64,000 nt of DNA from NCBI GenBank assembly GCA_013360215.1, contig JABWCP010000004.1:124001-188000 (forward strand), written 5' to 3'. Under the pieces are notes generated by a model. The model searched no databases and had not been told where the DNA came from. It saw only the letters and a list, made by a program, of their open reading frames with translations. Position numbers and translations under genes: made by a program. Source of the DNA: a bacterium (lineage in GTDB: Bacteria > CLD3 > SB21). This document shows positions 1 to 8,626 of this stretch, piece after piece; position 1 is the stretch's first letter; the number at the start of each line of letters is the position of its first letter.

Positions 1-2
1 GA

Positions 3-1295
3 TCCAACGCAGCCTCTAGTCTCGGGAATTATAAATTTGATTTCGAAGATATTAAGAAGATTTATTATTTAACGGCCTTAGAAAAAACAAAAGATAAAAA
101 TGAACACGTAAGAATAAGTGCAATACGATCGATAGCAAAAAGTTATTCTGGTGATATAAAACCTAACAACGTATTTCTTGATGATTTGTTTGATCGTTAT
201 TTAACGAATACCGATAAAAACATGGAAAACGCTGAATTTTTTAATGCGCTTTGTTTTATGTTTGGAAATAAGCTTTTAGAAAACGGCGAATTTATCGAAT
301 ATTGTAAAAAAGTGAATCAAATAAAAAACGCATATGTTAGAGCTAAAATATTTGAATCATTATCTAACCTCACATCTCCAGATTTGATGGTTTATTATAA
401 AACAGCATTAAATGATTCATTTTTACTTGTTCGATATCAAACGATCGAGGGTTTGAGTAAAATTAATAATAACGAAGCAAGGGATTTAATTTTTCAATCT
501 ATTAATACGAGCGATCCTACATTGTTATCGATCGTTGCAGGAAAAATTGCCGAAGATACAGTATATCGAAAAGATGACAGCAAAAAGGAAGCCCTAACAA
601 AAAAGATTATACAGGCTTTTGAATCAATTCGAAAACCGTTTGATACGGAAGGAAAAATAGGTGTTATAGATGCTCTGATCCAGATTAACCATAAAAGCTC
701 TTATCCCTTCATAAAAACTTTTATCAAAGATCCTGAAAACAAAATTTCTACATACGCCGCCGAACAACTCGAAAAAACAACCGGTGTCTCTTATAAAGAC
801 TCCTTGCCAAAAACAAATTCTAATACATCTTTAGACTACAAAAAATTAGATCAAATTTTTGTGAAAAAACCAAAAGCGAAAATTCATACATCCAAAGGAT
901 TAATTGAATTGGTTTTCCATACAAGTGAAGCACCTATAAGTGTTTTAAATTTTGTTGAATTAGCTGAAAAAAAATATTTTGAAGGCGTTTATTTTCATCG
1001 CGTTGTTCCCAACTTTGTAATTCAAACCGGCGATCCGACGGGAACCGGTTGGGGCGGTCCAGGATATTCGATAGTATCAGAGTATAATACATTACATTAT
1101 TCACGAGGTGTAGTCGGAATGGCTAGTGCGGGTAAAGATACCGAAGGCTCACAATGGTTTATAACTCATTCAGATCAGACGCATCTTGATGGGAGGTATT
1201 CTATTTTTGCAAGTGTAGAGAACGGGATGGATGTTGTAGATCAAATACAAGTCGGCGATCAAGTAAAAAAAATAGAAATAGTGTGGAATGAATAA
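3..1295 (+). CDS. HEAT-repeat protein with C-terminal cyclophilin-type peptidyl-prolyl isomerase; 5'-truncated by the window edge
   Basis: The frame is open from nt 3. HEAT-like units (VRISAIRSIA, VRAKIFESL, VRYQTIEGL) are followed by cyclophilin motifs FHRVVPNFVIQTGDPTGTGWGGPGY and GMASAGKDTEGSQWFITH. Confidence 0.9.
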   Translation, partial: SNAASSLGNYKFDFEDIKKIYYLTALEKTKDKNEHVRISAIRSIAKSYSGDIKPNNVFLDDLFDRYLTNTDKNMENAEFFNALCFMFGNKLLENGEFIEYCKKVNQIKNAYVRAKIFESLSNLTSPDLMVYYKTALNDSFLLVRYQTIEGLSKINNNEARDLIFQSINTSDPTLLSIVAGKIAEDTVYRKDDSKKEALTKKIIQAFESIRKPFDTEGKIGVIDALIQINHKSSYPFIKTFIKDPENKISTYAAEQLEKTTGVSYKDSLPKTNSNTSLDYKKLDQIFVKKPKAKIHTSKGLIELVFHTSEAPISVLNFVELAEKKYFEGVYFHRVVPNFVIQTGDPTGTGWGGPGYSIVSEYNTLHYSRGVVGMASAGKDTEGSQWFITHSDQTHLDGRYSIFASVENGMDVVDQIQVGDQVKKIEIVWNE

Positions 1296-1298
1296 TGC

Positions 1299-2462
1299 TT
1301 ATTCATTCAAATTCTTAACGAATAACAAACAAACCTGATTATATAAAAACATACCAGCTTGATTTAAAAAAACAACATCTGAATTGTTATTTATATAAGG
1401 TTCCGATTCGTAAAGGGCTTTTTCAAACTTCGCGTCAAAAGAAATACCGAACGTATCCAAAAAAACTTTTTTATTAATACCCCTTTTTTGTCTCAAGTTT
1501 AAAAAAACAAACTCGGTTATTCTTTCATTTATATTTAAATCCTCCTCGGCTTCAATTATTTTTTGGTTTTCAATTCCTGCGTAAGCAATGTATGTAGACA
1601 GATCGCGTACATTCCACCATCGTCGCGAGTTATCGAAGCTATGTGCAGATGGGCCAAACCCTAAGTATGAAAGCCCATTCCAATACGATGAGTTATGTTT
1701 AGACTCAAACCCATCCTTTGCAAAATTAGATATTTCGTAATGAGAATAACCTGATTTTTCAAGATATTCCGAAAGCCAAGAAAACATTTCAAATTCTCTT
1801 TCATCGTCAAGAAGAACAACTTTTTTCGATTTTACCATTTTATGGAGATAGGTTCGTTCTTCAATGGTCAGGTTGTAAATCGAAATATGCTCGGGATCCA
1901 TTTTGATTATACCCGTAACCGTATTTTGCAGATTTTCCAATGTTTGTCCCGGCAAGCCAAAAATAACATCAACACTGATGTTTTTAAAACCGGCTTTTCT
2001 AGCCGTTACAAAGGCACTTACAGCTTGATCACGATTATGATTTCTATATAAGGACTCTAATTCTTTATTATTCAATGACTGTATTCCCAAACTTAGCCTG
2101 TTAATTCCTGATCTACTAAACTCATCTAATTTTTCGGAATTGACGTTATTGGGGTTCACTTCTATGGTAATTTCGCAATTTTCAACTTTTTTAAAGTTAC
2201 AATAAATTGACTTTAAAATGGAAGTAACTTGACCATCCACAAGGAAAGAGGGGGTACCGCCGCCTAAATAAATTGTACGGGCTTCTGGAGCTTCTAATTG
2301 AGAAGCAACATAATGAATTTCCCTGTTAATGGATTCGATAAAAGCAGGTCGGTATTTGCGTGCCGTAGTGACAAAAAAATCACAATAAATACACACTCTC
2401 TCGCAAAACGGTATGTGCACATATATTCCGAAACTTTTGTTTTTCAAAGCTTTATTACTCAT
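1299..2462 (-). CDS. hemW: Radical SAM heme chaperone HemW (HemN-like)
   Basis: YVHIPFCERVCIYCDF (CxxxCxxC), YLGGGTPS, HYEISNFA, HNSSYW, GFGPSAHS. Confidence 0.9.
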   Translation of the reverse strand: MSNKALKNKSFGIYVHIPFCERVCIYCDFFVTTARKYRPAFIESINREIHYVASQLEAPEARTIYLGGGTPSFLVDGQVTSILKSIYCNFKKVENCEITIEVNPNNVNSEKLDEFSRSGINRLSLGIQSLNNKELESLYRNHNRDQAVSAFVTARKAGFKNISVDVIFGLPGQTLENLQNTVTGIIKMDPEHISIYNLTIEERTYLHKMVKSKKVVLLDDEREFEMFSWLSEYLEKSGYSHYEISNFAKDGFESKHNSSYWNGLSYLGFGPSAHSFDNSRRWWNVRDLSTYIAYAGIENQKIIEAEEDLNINERITEFVFLNLRQKRGINKKVFLDTFGISFDAKFEKALYESEPYINNNSDVVFLNQAGMFLYNQVCLLFVKNLNE

Positions 2463-2536
2463 TAATTTGTTATTTACCTCATGAAATTAGTTTATATCAA
2501 TAGTGTTTCAAAGACTAAAACGTAATTTTAAAAAAC

Positions 2537-2565
2537 TTGACTTTATATAAGGGCTTAGGTAAATT
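2537..2565 (+). promoter_or_regulatory. Sigma70-like promoter for the LPP20-like/CHAT operon
   Basis: TTGACT-17 nt-TAAATT; AAGGAG Shine-Dalgarno upstream of ATG 2689. Confidence 0.55.
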
Positions 2566-2688
2566 TTGAAACAATCAAGAATAGTCTTTCCTTACGCAGT
2601 TCTCAATAAAATTAAATATTAAACAAACCAATATGCTCTAATTTTGCATAAGTTCCTCTATTCATTTATTTAACTCAAGGAGTGCTGT

Positions 2689-3345
2689 ATGAAACGTTTT
2701 TTGGGTCAAGCCATGATGATGGCGTTGATCGCGATGTTAGCTGTTTCGCTAACAAGCATTGACGCGATGGCACAAAAAGACAAAAAGAAGAAGAAAAAGA
2801 AAAAAGATGGACCGCCGGAGTGGATTTCCAAACCGGGTCTTTATGAAGATGTGATTGTCGCAGCTGGTGTAGGCGAAGGTTTTAATGAACAAAAAGCTAA
2901 AAGCCAGGCTGAACAAAATGGTCGTAAAAAGATCGCAGAAGCCCTTTCTACGGAAGTAAAAAGCCTAACAACCAACTTCATGGAAGAAGCTACGACGACC
3001 ACCGAAGAAGGATCCTCTGGAGCGGCTCAGGAATATTTTTCTGAAGTGACTCAATCCATGACCAATCAGACGTTGAGTGGCGCGATGATCGAAGAATATT
3101 GGCCGCCAATGGGCGAGAAAAATGGCGGAAAAATAAAGTTCTACGCCAAGGTAGTGCTCAAAAAATCAGCCGTTGTAGACGCGTATAAAAAACAAGTTGA
3201 AGAAGACATCGCTAAAAAGAAAATCAAAAGTGTCAAAGGTTCTGCCGATGATGCTCTGAAAGCTCTTGATAATGCGATCGGCAAATGGGAAAAAACCAAC
3301 GACAACGGTCCTTCAACCAGTGAAGAAGGCGGCGCAGAAGAATAA
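2689..3345 (+). CDS. Exported LPP20-like domain protein with poly-Lys mature N-terminus
   Basis: Signal peptide ending AMA|Q, then KDKKKKKKKKD. PxW...VAAGVG...AKSQAEQNGRKKIAEAL...VKS matches the LPP20-like pattern. Confidence 0.7.
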   Translation: MKRFLGQAMMMALIAMLAVSLTSIDAMAQKDKKKKKKKKDGPPEWISKPGLYEDVIVAAGVGEGFNEQKAKSQAEQNGRKKIAEALSTEVKSLTTNFMEEATTTTEEGSSGAAQEYFSEVTQSMTNQTLSGAMIEEYWPPMGEKNGGKIKFYAKVVLKKSAVVDAYKKQVEEDIAKKKIKSVKGSADDALKALDNAIGKWEKTNDNGPSTSEEGGAEE

Positions 3346-3364
3346 AAGTAATTTTTAGTAATGC

Positions 3365-3405
3365 TAACCGTAGCTTCACTTTGATGAGGCTACGGTTATT
3401 TTTTT
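3365..3405 (+). terminator. Intrinsic terminator after LPP20-like gene 1
   Basis: TAACCGTAGC...GCTACGGTTA stem followed by T7. Confidence 0.85.
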
Positions 3406-3425
3406 GAAATCTGATAGGAGTAGGT

Positions 3426-4019
3426 ATGAAATCAGTTCAAATGTTTTTGATTAGTTCACTTTTGATTTTCATGTCTTGTGGTGGCGGTAAAGCGACATCC
3501 AAAAATGAAAATAAAATTCCTAAATGGGTCAGCAAACCCGGGCTTTATGAGGATGTGATCGTTGCGGCCGGCATAGGAGAAGGGCTTTCCGAGCAAAAAG
3601 CAAAAAGCCAAGCCGAACAAAACGGGCGCAAAAAAATAGCCGAAGCACTTCAGACGCAAGTCAAAAGTCTCACAACAAACTTCATGGAAGAAGCTGGTAC
3701 AACAACAGAAAAAGGTACTGAATCGGCCGCACAGGAATATTTTCAAGAAGTTACTCAAACCTTGACCAATATTACTCTCAACGGTGCTGTTTTGGAAGAA
3801 TACTGGCCTCCGATGGGTGAAAAAGACGGAAATAGAATCAAATTTTACGCAAAAATGGTATTAAAAAAATCATCACTCGTAGATGAATTTAAGAAAAAGG
3901 TTGCCGATGATATTGCACAGAAGAAAATCAAAAATGTAAAAGCCAGTGCCGACGAAGCTCTAAAAGCGCTTGATAAAGCGATCGGTAAATGGGAAAAAAC
4001 ATCGGAATCTGCAGATTAG
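3426..4019 (+). CDS. LPP20-like lipoprotein, close paralog of 2689..3345
   Basis: Lipobox IFMS|C. Gapless alignment to gene 1 over about 161 aa with about 35 mismatches (manual count). Confidence 0.75.
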   Translation: MKSVQMFLISSLLIFMSCGGGKATSKNENKIPKWVSKPGLYEDVIVAAGIGEGLSEQKAKSQAEQNGRKKIAEALQTQVKSLTTNFMEEAGTTTEKGTESAAQEYFQEVTQTLTNITLNGAVLEEYWPPMGEKDGNRIKFYAKMVLKKSSLVDEFKKKVADDIAQKKIKNVKASADEALKALDKAIGKWEKTSESAD

Positions 4020-4031
4020 CTAACAATTATC

Positions 4032-4074
4032 CGGGCTGTAGCCATTAAATAAAATGGTACAGCCCGTTTTTTTT
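4032..4074 (+). terminator. Intrinsic terminator after LPP20-like gene 2
   Basis: CGGGCTGTA-G-CCATT...AATGG-TACAGCCCG stem followed by T8. Confidence 0.85.
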
Positions 4075-4192
4075 GAACATTCTTATACAAATACCGCGAC
4101 ATAACTTGATTTTGAGAAGTTATTTGGAACACATTACCACATTTAAGGTACTTACATATTCGTTTTCGCTTCAAGTTTGTATGAGGGCAATT

Positions 4193-5719
4193 ATGGAAAT
4201 GCAATCTAAAATCAAATTTCTGTGGTTTGTTATTTTTCTTTGCTTTGTACAAACTAATTTATGGTCACAAGGCTCGGCACCACAGTGGGTCAATGAATTG
4301 CCAATGAAAGATGGTACGCTGTACGCCGTAGGATTGGTCAATCGTTATTATGAAAAGAAAGCGGGAGAAGCCGCCGCCGATAGCGCCGCCAGGTCGGAGT
4401 TATCACAAACACTGAAACTAAATATTAAAACAACAGTTCAAAGTTGGTCGGGAACCGTAGGTGGTACAGGTTTCATTCAAGAATTAGAAAAAACGATAGA
4501 TCAGGACGTTTTTGAATCCGTGCGTGGGGCACAAGTGGTAGGGCGTTGGGTGGATCCGGAAGGGTTGACCTATTCTTTAGTATCTATGCCTCTTTCGGGG
4601 GTTGGTACAATTCAAACTAAAATCGTAGCGTTTGCCAAAGAAAATTCCGGAGGGAAAAAAGAAGCAAAAAAAATCGAAAAACTGGAAGTTTCCCTCAAGG
4701 GCTTAAAAGATCCCAAATCATATATACGCTCCTCAAAACCGGATTGGATAAATGGGTTACCCGAAGAAGATGATGCTATATACGCACTTGGCATAGCTGA
4801 AAAATTTTATTTTTATGTTAATGGGCGTGAATCAGCCAAAGATAAAGCCAGAGCAGAAATAGCGGCAACTGTAAAAACGGAAGTAAACGCTATACTAACT
4901 GACTGGTATGAAGTTAACGAAGGTAGCGCTTCTTACGGATCCCAACAAAGTTTTATGGAAGAGATGTCCAATCAAGTTTCTGAAGCAACACTAAGTGGTA
5001 CGCAGATCGTGGAAACATGGTATGACAAATCTACGAAATGGCATTATGCACTTGTTCGCATGTCGCTAAGCAAGGTTGTTGGCCAAATACAAGAAAAAGC
5101 AAAAACTAAAGTTAAAGATGAAAAAGGTCTAAAAGGGTTAAGCGATAAACTTGGTAAAATGATCAATCGCGATTATCTCAAATCCAAAGATGGTTTACCC
5201 ACGTGGATCAATAAATTGCCTAAGGATAAAGAAGCAATATTTGCAGTGGGTATTGACAACGGAAAATATTTTTCTGAAACACAAGGTATAGAAAAAGCGA
5301 AAGCCGACGCAAGAACCAAATTGGCTAAGACCGTATCCGTGACAGTGGAAAATATCACAAAGTCATGGATCGAAATCGAAGAAAAATCGGGCGATACAAA
5401 AGGCGAACCACTCAATGACTATATGTCCTCATTGACTAAAGAAGCAACGGATGTCAGTTTACAAGGATCTCAGGTACTGTCCGTATATACAAAACGTGAA
5501 AAAGATGGAAAAGTAACATATTATGCCTTAGGAAGGCTATTTACCGGAAGCATGATTTCTAAATTAAAGAAAAAAGCATCCGAAGTAATGAATATACCAC
5601 AAACAAAACCCAACGAGACTCAAGAACAAAAAGCAAAACGAATACTTAGTTCGGGTCGAGAAAAAGCCGCCGCTGCTCTCGAGCGATTGAACGCCGCATT
5701 AGATAAAGTGAATCAATAA
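4193..5719 (+). CDS. Exported protein with three tandem LPP20-like domains
   Basis: Likely start is ATG 4193 (GAGGG upstream, signal peptide follows). Repeats begin APQWVNELP..LYAVG, KPDWINGLP..IYALG and LPTWINKLP..IFAVG, each followed by an A...AR helix. Confidence 0.7.
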   Translation: MEMQSKIKFLWFVIFLCFVQTNLWSQGSAPQWVNELPMKDGTLYAVGLVNRYYEKKAGEAAADSAARSELSQTLKLNIKTTVQSWSGTVGGTGFIQELEKTIDQDVFESVRGAQVVGRWVDPEGLTYSLVSMPLSGVGTIQTKIVAFAKENSGGKKEAKKIEKLEVSLKGLKDPKSYIRSSKPDWINGLPEEDDAIYALGIAEKFYFYVNGRESAKDKARAEIAATVKTEVNAILTDWYEVNEGSASYGSQQSFMEEMSNQVSEATLSGTQIVETWYDKSTKWHYALVRMSLSKVVGQIQEKAKTKVKDEKGLKGLSDKLGKMINRDYLKSKDGLPTWINKLPKDKEAIFAVGIDNGKYFSETQGIEKAKADARTKLAKTVSVTVENITKSWIEIEEKSGDTKGEPLNDYMSSLTKEATDVSLQGSQVLSVYTKREKDGKVTYYALGRLFTGSMISKLKKKASEVMNIPQTKPNETQEQKAKRILSSGREKAAAALERLNAALDKVNQ

Positions 5720-5751
5720 TATATATATAAATACTACTGGAGGATCTGATA

Positions 5752-7956
5752 ATGAAACGTTGTATGTGGATGCTTGCGATGGCGCTTATTGTGGCCACCT
5801 TACTTCCAATGGATCAAGCACAAGCTCAGAAGAAAAAATCAAAAGATGATAAAAAATCGAAAACCAAAAAAGGTGGAACGCCCGAATGGATTACCAAACC
5901 GGGCTTATATGAAGACGTTATAGTCGCTGCCGGCATAGGTGAAGCGATGTCCGAACAAGCCGCAAAAAGTGAAGCTGAAACAGATGCACGAAAAAAAATC
6001 GCTCAAGTGTTACAAACCCAAGTGCAAAGTCTGACTACCAATTTTATGGAGGAGGCCAATACAACAACAGAAGCAGGATCAACCGGTGCGGCACAGGAAT
6101 ATTTTAGTGAAATAACCCAAGCCATGACGAACCTTACGCTCAAGAATGTAATCATAGAAGAATATTATCCACCACAAGGTGAAAAAAGCGGAAAAAAAAT
6201 CAAGTTCTATGCAAAGGCTGTATTGAGCAAAACAGATTTTGCAGAAAAATTTAAAAATCAGGTTTCTACAGATGCAGCATCTGGCAAAATAAACGGCGTT
6301 AAAATGAACGCCAACGACGCACTAGCCCGTTTGAATAAAGTCTTAGGCGGCTGGGGTCAGGAAGAAGAAATCGGAAGTACTACAGATAAACCAACCGCGA
6401 CGACAGGTTTGGGAACGGGAATAAGCAAACCCGGCGGAACCGGAGATACACCTACGGCGACAGCACAAACCGGAAGTAAAGCCGCCAGTTATCCAGATTG
6501 GAAAAAAAGCTTACCCAATCGTCCATCGCGCCCCGGATATTATCAAGGTTTGGGTGTAGCGCCAATTACTTCAAATCAAGCTCAAGATGAAAAAGACGCT
6601 GAATCGGAAGCGCGAGCTCAAGTCATTCGAGCAATTCGTTCTGAAATCACCAGTAAAGTAACCAGCGCCATGGAAGAACGCAGTTCGTCTTCCGGCGGAA
6701 GTTCATCAGGTAGCTATAGCGAAAGCTTTAATTCCGTAACGGAATCTTTTTCCAGCGAATCACTTAAAAATCTGATCGTTGAATTTCATACGGATAAATC
6801 ATCCAAAAAACGTTACGCTTATTGTGAGATATCCATTGAAGAAGTCAATCGTCAGTTTGCTGAACGATTGAAAAAAGCGATCAATGTTGCCAAAACCTAT
6901 TATATGGCGGCAAAATCATCGGAAGCAAACGGAGATTATTATATCGCGCTCACACAGTATCTTGAAGGCGCAAAAGAAGTGGTCATAGCGGAAGCAATCA
7001 ATAAAGAGCCCATCGAAGGTGACATTGACGGATCCGGCAAAAGTGTATCCGTTCGTGCGACATTTGACACACAACTCAAGCAATTGCTTGGGCGAATGCG
7101 CGTTGAAATCGTAAGCGGCGACGCTCAAAAGGGAACGAAAAATGAACCCTTAGCTCAACCCTTAGTAGCTCGACTTGTGTATGACAACATGGGCAATGTG
7201 ATGTCCGTCAAGGGAGCTGTTTTAGTTTCTTCATCCGTAGCTCCTACTGTCGTAAAAGCGGATTTGTCTGCTCAAACAGATGGTTCCGGAAATGCAGGAT
7301 TTACAGTGCATGCCGTCGAATCCGTTAATGCGAGTGGTGTTAATAAAGTTCGTATAGGTCTCAGTACGGCTGATTTTGAAGCTTTTGCGACCCAACTTCC
7401 GGGTGCACTCGAAAAAGCAAAAACCGTATTCAAAGATTTTAGTTTTTCGGCGCGCGGTTCATCGGTATCCCGTATAGCTATTTTGATTTTTGAAGAAAAC
7501 ATTGGAAAACCTCAATCAAGTTCTATTATCGAGGGCGACATCGTCAAACAATTGCTTGCAAGCAAATATAAAGTCATTGATAAAAATGAAGTATATCGTG
7601 CTATTTCTCGCGAACAAGCCAAAGCGTCAGCAGAATCTGGCGATGATGCGGCAGCCAATGCGATCAAATCTATGGCCGATGTATTGGTGATCGGTTATGC
7701 TAAAGCCATGGAGTCCGTCGGAGGTTCGACCAATCCTTACGGTGGGGGTACAAGTAATCGTGTATCGGCGTGGGCTGACTGCTCCATACGCGTAGTGGAC
7801 TTGGAAACCGGTAAAGTTTTAGCATCCAGCGATATTCAGCGTGAAAAAGGGTTGTCTGTAGGCGCCGCAGAAAAGGCGGGGATTATCGCGCTCCAAAATC
7901 TGAGTAAAAAAGCATCCAAAGAAATAGTTGATAACATGAATGCGGCATTAAAATAA
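5752..7956 (+). CDS. Exported multidomain protein: LPP20-like x2, helical region, Ig-like domain, CsgG/TolB-N/FlgT-middle-like C-terminal domain
   Basis: Signal peptide AQA|Q and Lys-rich stretch. Domain 1 is paralogous to genes 1 and 2 (PEWITKPGLYEDVIVAAGIGE). Thr/Gly linker; second PDW..YYQGLG domain; IVSGDAQKG..PLAQPLV Ig-like motif; ADVLVIG...IRVVDLETGKVLAS. Confidence 0.65.
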   Translation: MKRCMWMLAMALIVATLLPMDQAQAQKKKSKDDKKSKTKKGGTPEWITKPGLYEDVIVAAGIGEAMSEQAAKSEAETDARKKIAQVLQTQVQSLTTNFMEEANTTTEAGSTGAAQEYFSEITQAMTNLTLKNVIIEEYYPPQGEKSGKKIKFYAKAVLSKTDFAEKFKNQVSTDAASGKINGVKMNANDALARLNKVLGGWGQEEEIGSTTDKPTATTGLGTGISKPGGTGDTPTATAQTGSKAASYPDWKKSLPNRPSRPGYYQGLGVAPITSNQAQDEKDAESEARAQVIRAIRSEITSKVTSAMEERSSSSGGSSSGSYSESFNSVTESFSSESLKNLIVEFHTDKSSKKRYAYCEISIEEVNRQFAERLKKAINVAKTYYMAAKSSEANGDYYIALTQYLEGAKEVVIAEAINKEPIEGDIDGSGKSVSVRATFDTQLKQLLGRMRVEIVSGDAQKGTKNEPLAQPLVARLVYDNMGNVMSVKGAVLVSSSVAPTVVKADLSAQTDGSGNAGFTVHAVESVNASGVNKVRIGLSTADFEAFATQLPGALEKAKTVFKDFSFSARGSSVSRIAILIFEENIGKPQSSSIIEGDIVKQLLASKYKVIDKNEVYRAISREQAKASAESGDDAAANAIKSMADVLVIGYAKAMESVGGSTNPYGGGTSNRVSAWADCSIRVVDLETGKVLASSDIQREKGLSVGAAEKAGIIALQNLSKKASKEIVDNMNAALK

Positions 7957-7978
7957 CGAGCGTTCATTGGGAGAAGAA

Positions 7979-8587
7979 ATGAAATCATTTATAATTATCG
8001 GGTGTTTAATCTGCTCACTCGTTGCTTGTGGCGAGGTCAAAAAAAAGGGCACTGAAAAAACAGAAAAAACACCGGAAACCGTTCAACCCGAAAATGAATC
8101 ACCTTCAACCGAAGACAAGCCGTCATCATTAGAAGAACTGGTTTATGACGCAACAGGGGCATCCAGACTCCGTACCGAATCGGCGGCACGCAGCAATGCC
8201 GAATTGAACGGGAGAACGTCCCTAATCGAAACGCTTTCTAAGGATGCTATAGCATTATTAGAAAAGTTTTATCCCGAAAACAAAAGCATGTTTGATGCAT
8301 CTATGGATTTGGAAAAATATAAATCAGACATAAAAGCCATGTTTAAAAAATCAACCACCCTCAAGGGGAGTACTGTTGCGGAATATACGCAATCCACAAA
8401 AGGGGATACAACGTATGCCGTCGTCGAAATACCACTAATGGGTGGATATGAAGCCATCGAAGAACAGATCGTAGCCGCAGGATTAAACAATAAATTTTTG
8501 AAATCAGAACACGTAGCTCATTTTAAAACGACTTTTAAAGAGTTTTTTTTGAATGAGAAAAAGAAAATACTAACAACTCCGGCATAG
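7979..8587 (+). CDS. Lipoprotein with a divergent LPP20-like domain
   Basis: Lipobox SLVA|C; ATGAS...AARSNAELNGRTSLIETL...TLKGS...TYAVVEIP. Confidence 0.55.
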   Translation: MKSFIIIGCLICSLVACGEVKKKGTEKTEKTPETVQPENESPSTEDKPSSLEELVYDATGASRLRTESAARSNAELNGRTSLIETLSKDAIALLEKFYPENKSMFDASMDLEKYKSDIKAMFKKSTTLKGSTVAEYTQSTKGDTTYAVVEIPLMGGYEAIEEQIVAAGLNNKFLKSEHVAHFKTTFKEFFLNEKKKILTTPA

Positions 8588-8626
8588 CGTACCGGCTGAA
8601 TATCAGAGGATATCGCGAGGATTTTT

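Noticed and set aside
2776-2805. Phase-variable poly-A tract in gene 1
   Set aside because: The run is interrupted by G (mixed AAA/AAG codons) and the frame is intact; better read as an encoded Lys tract.
4073-4192. TTG-initiated N-terminal extension of the triple-LPP20-like ORF
   Set aside because: It begins inside the terminator T-tract; RBS and signal peptide support ATG 4193 or 4199.
2689-8587. Flagellar flgOPT locus
   Set aside because: Domain resemblance only; no flagellar structural, motor or chemotaxis genes in the window.
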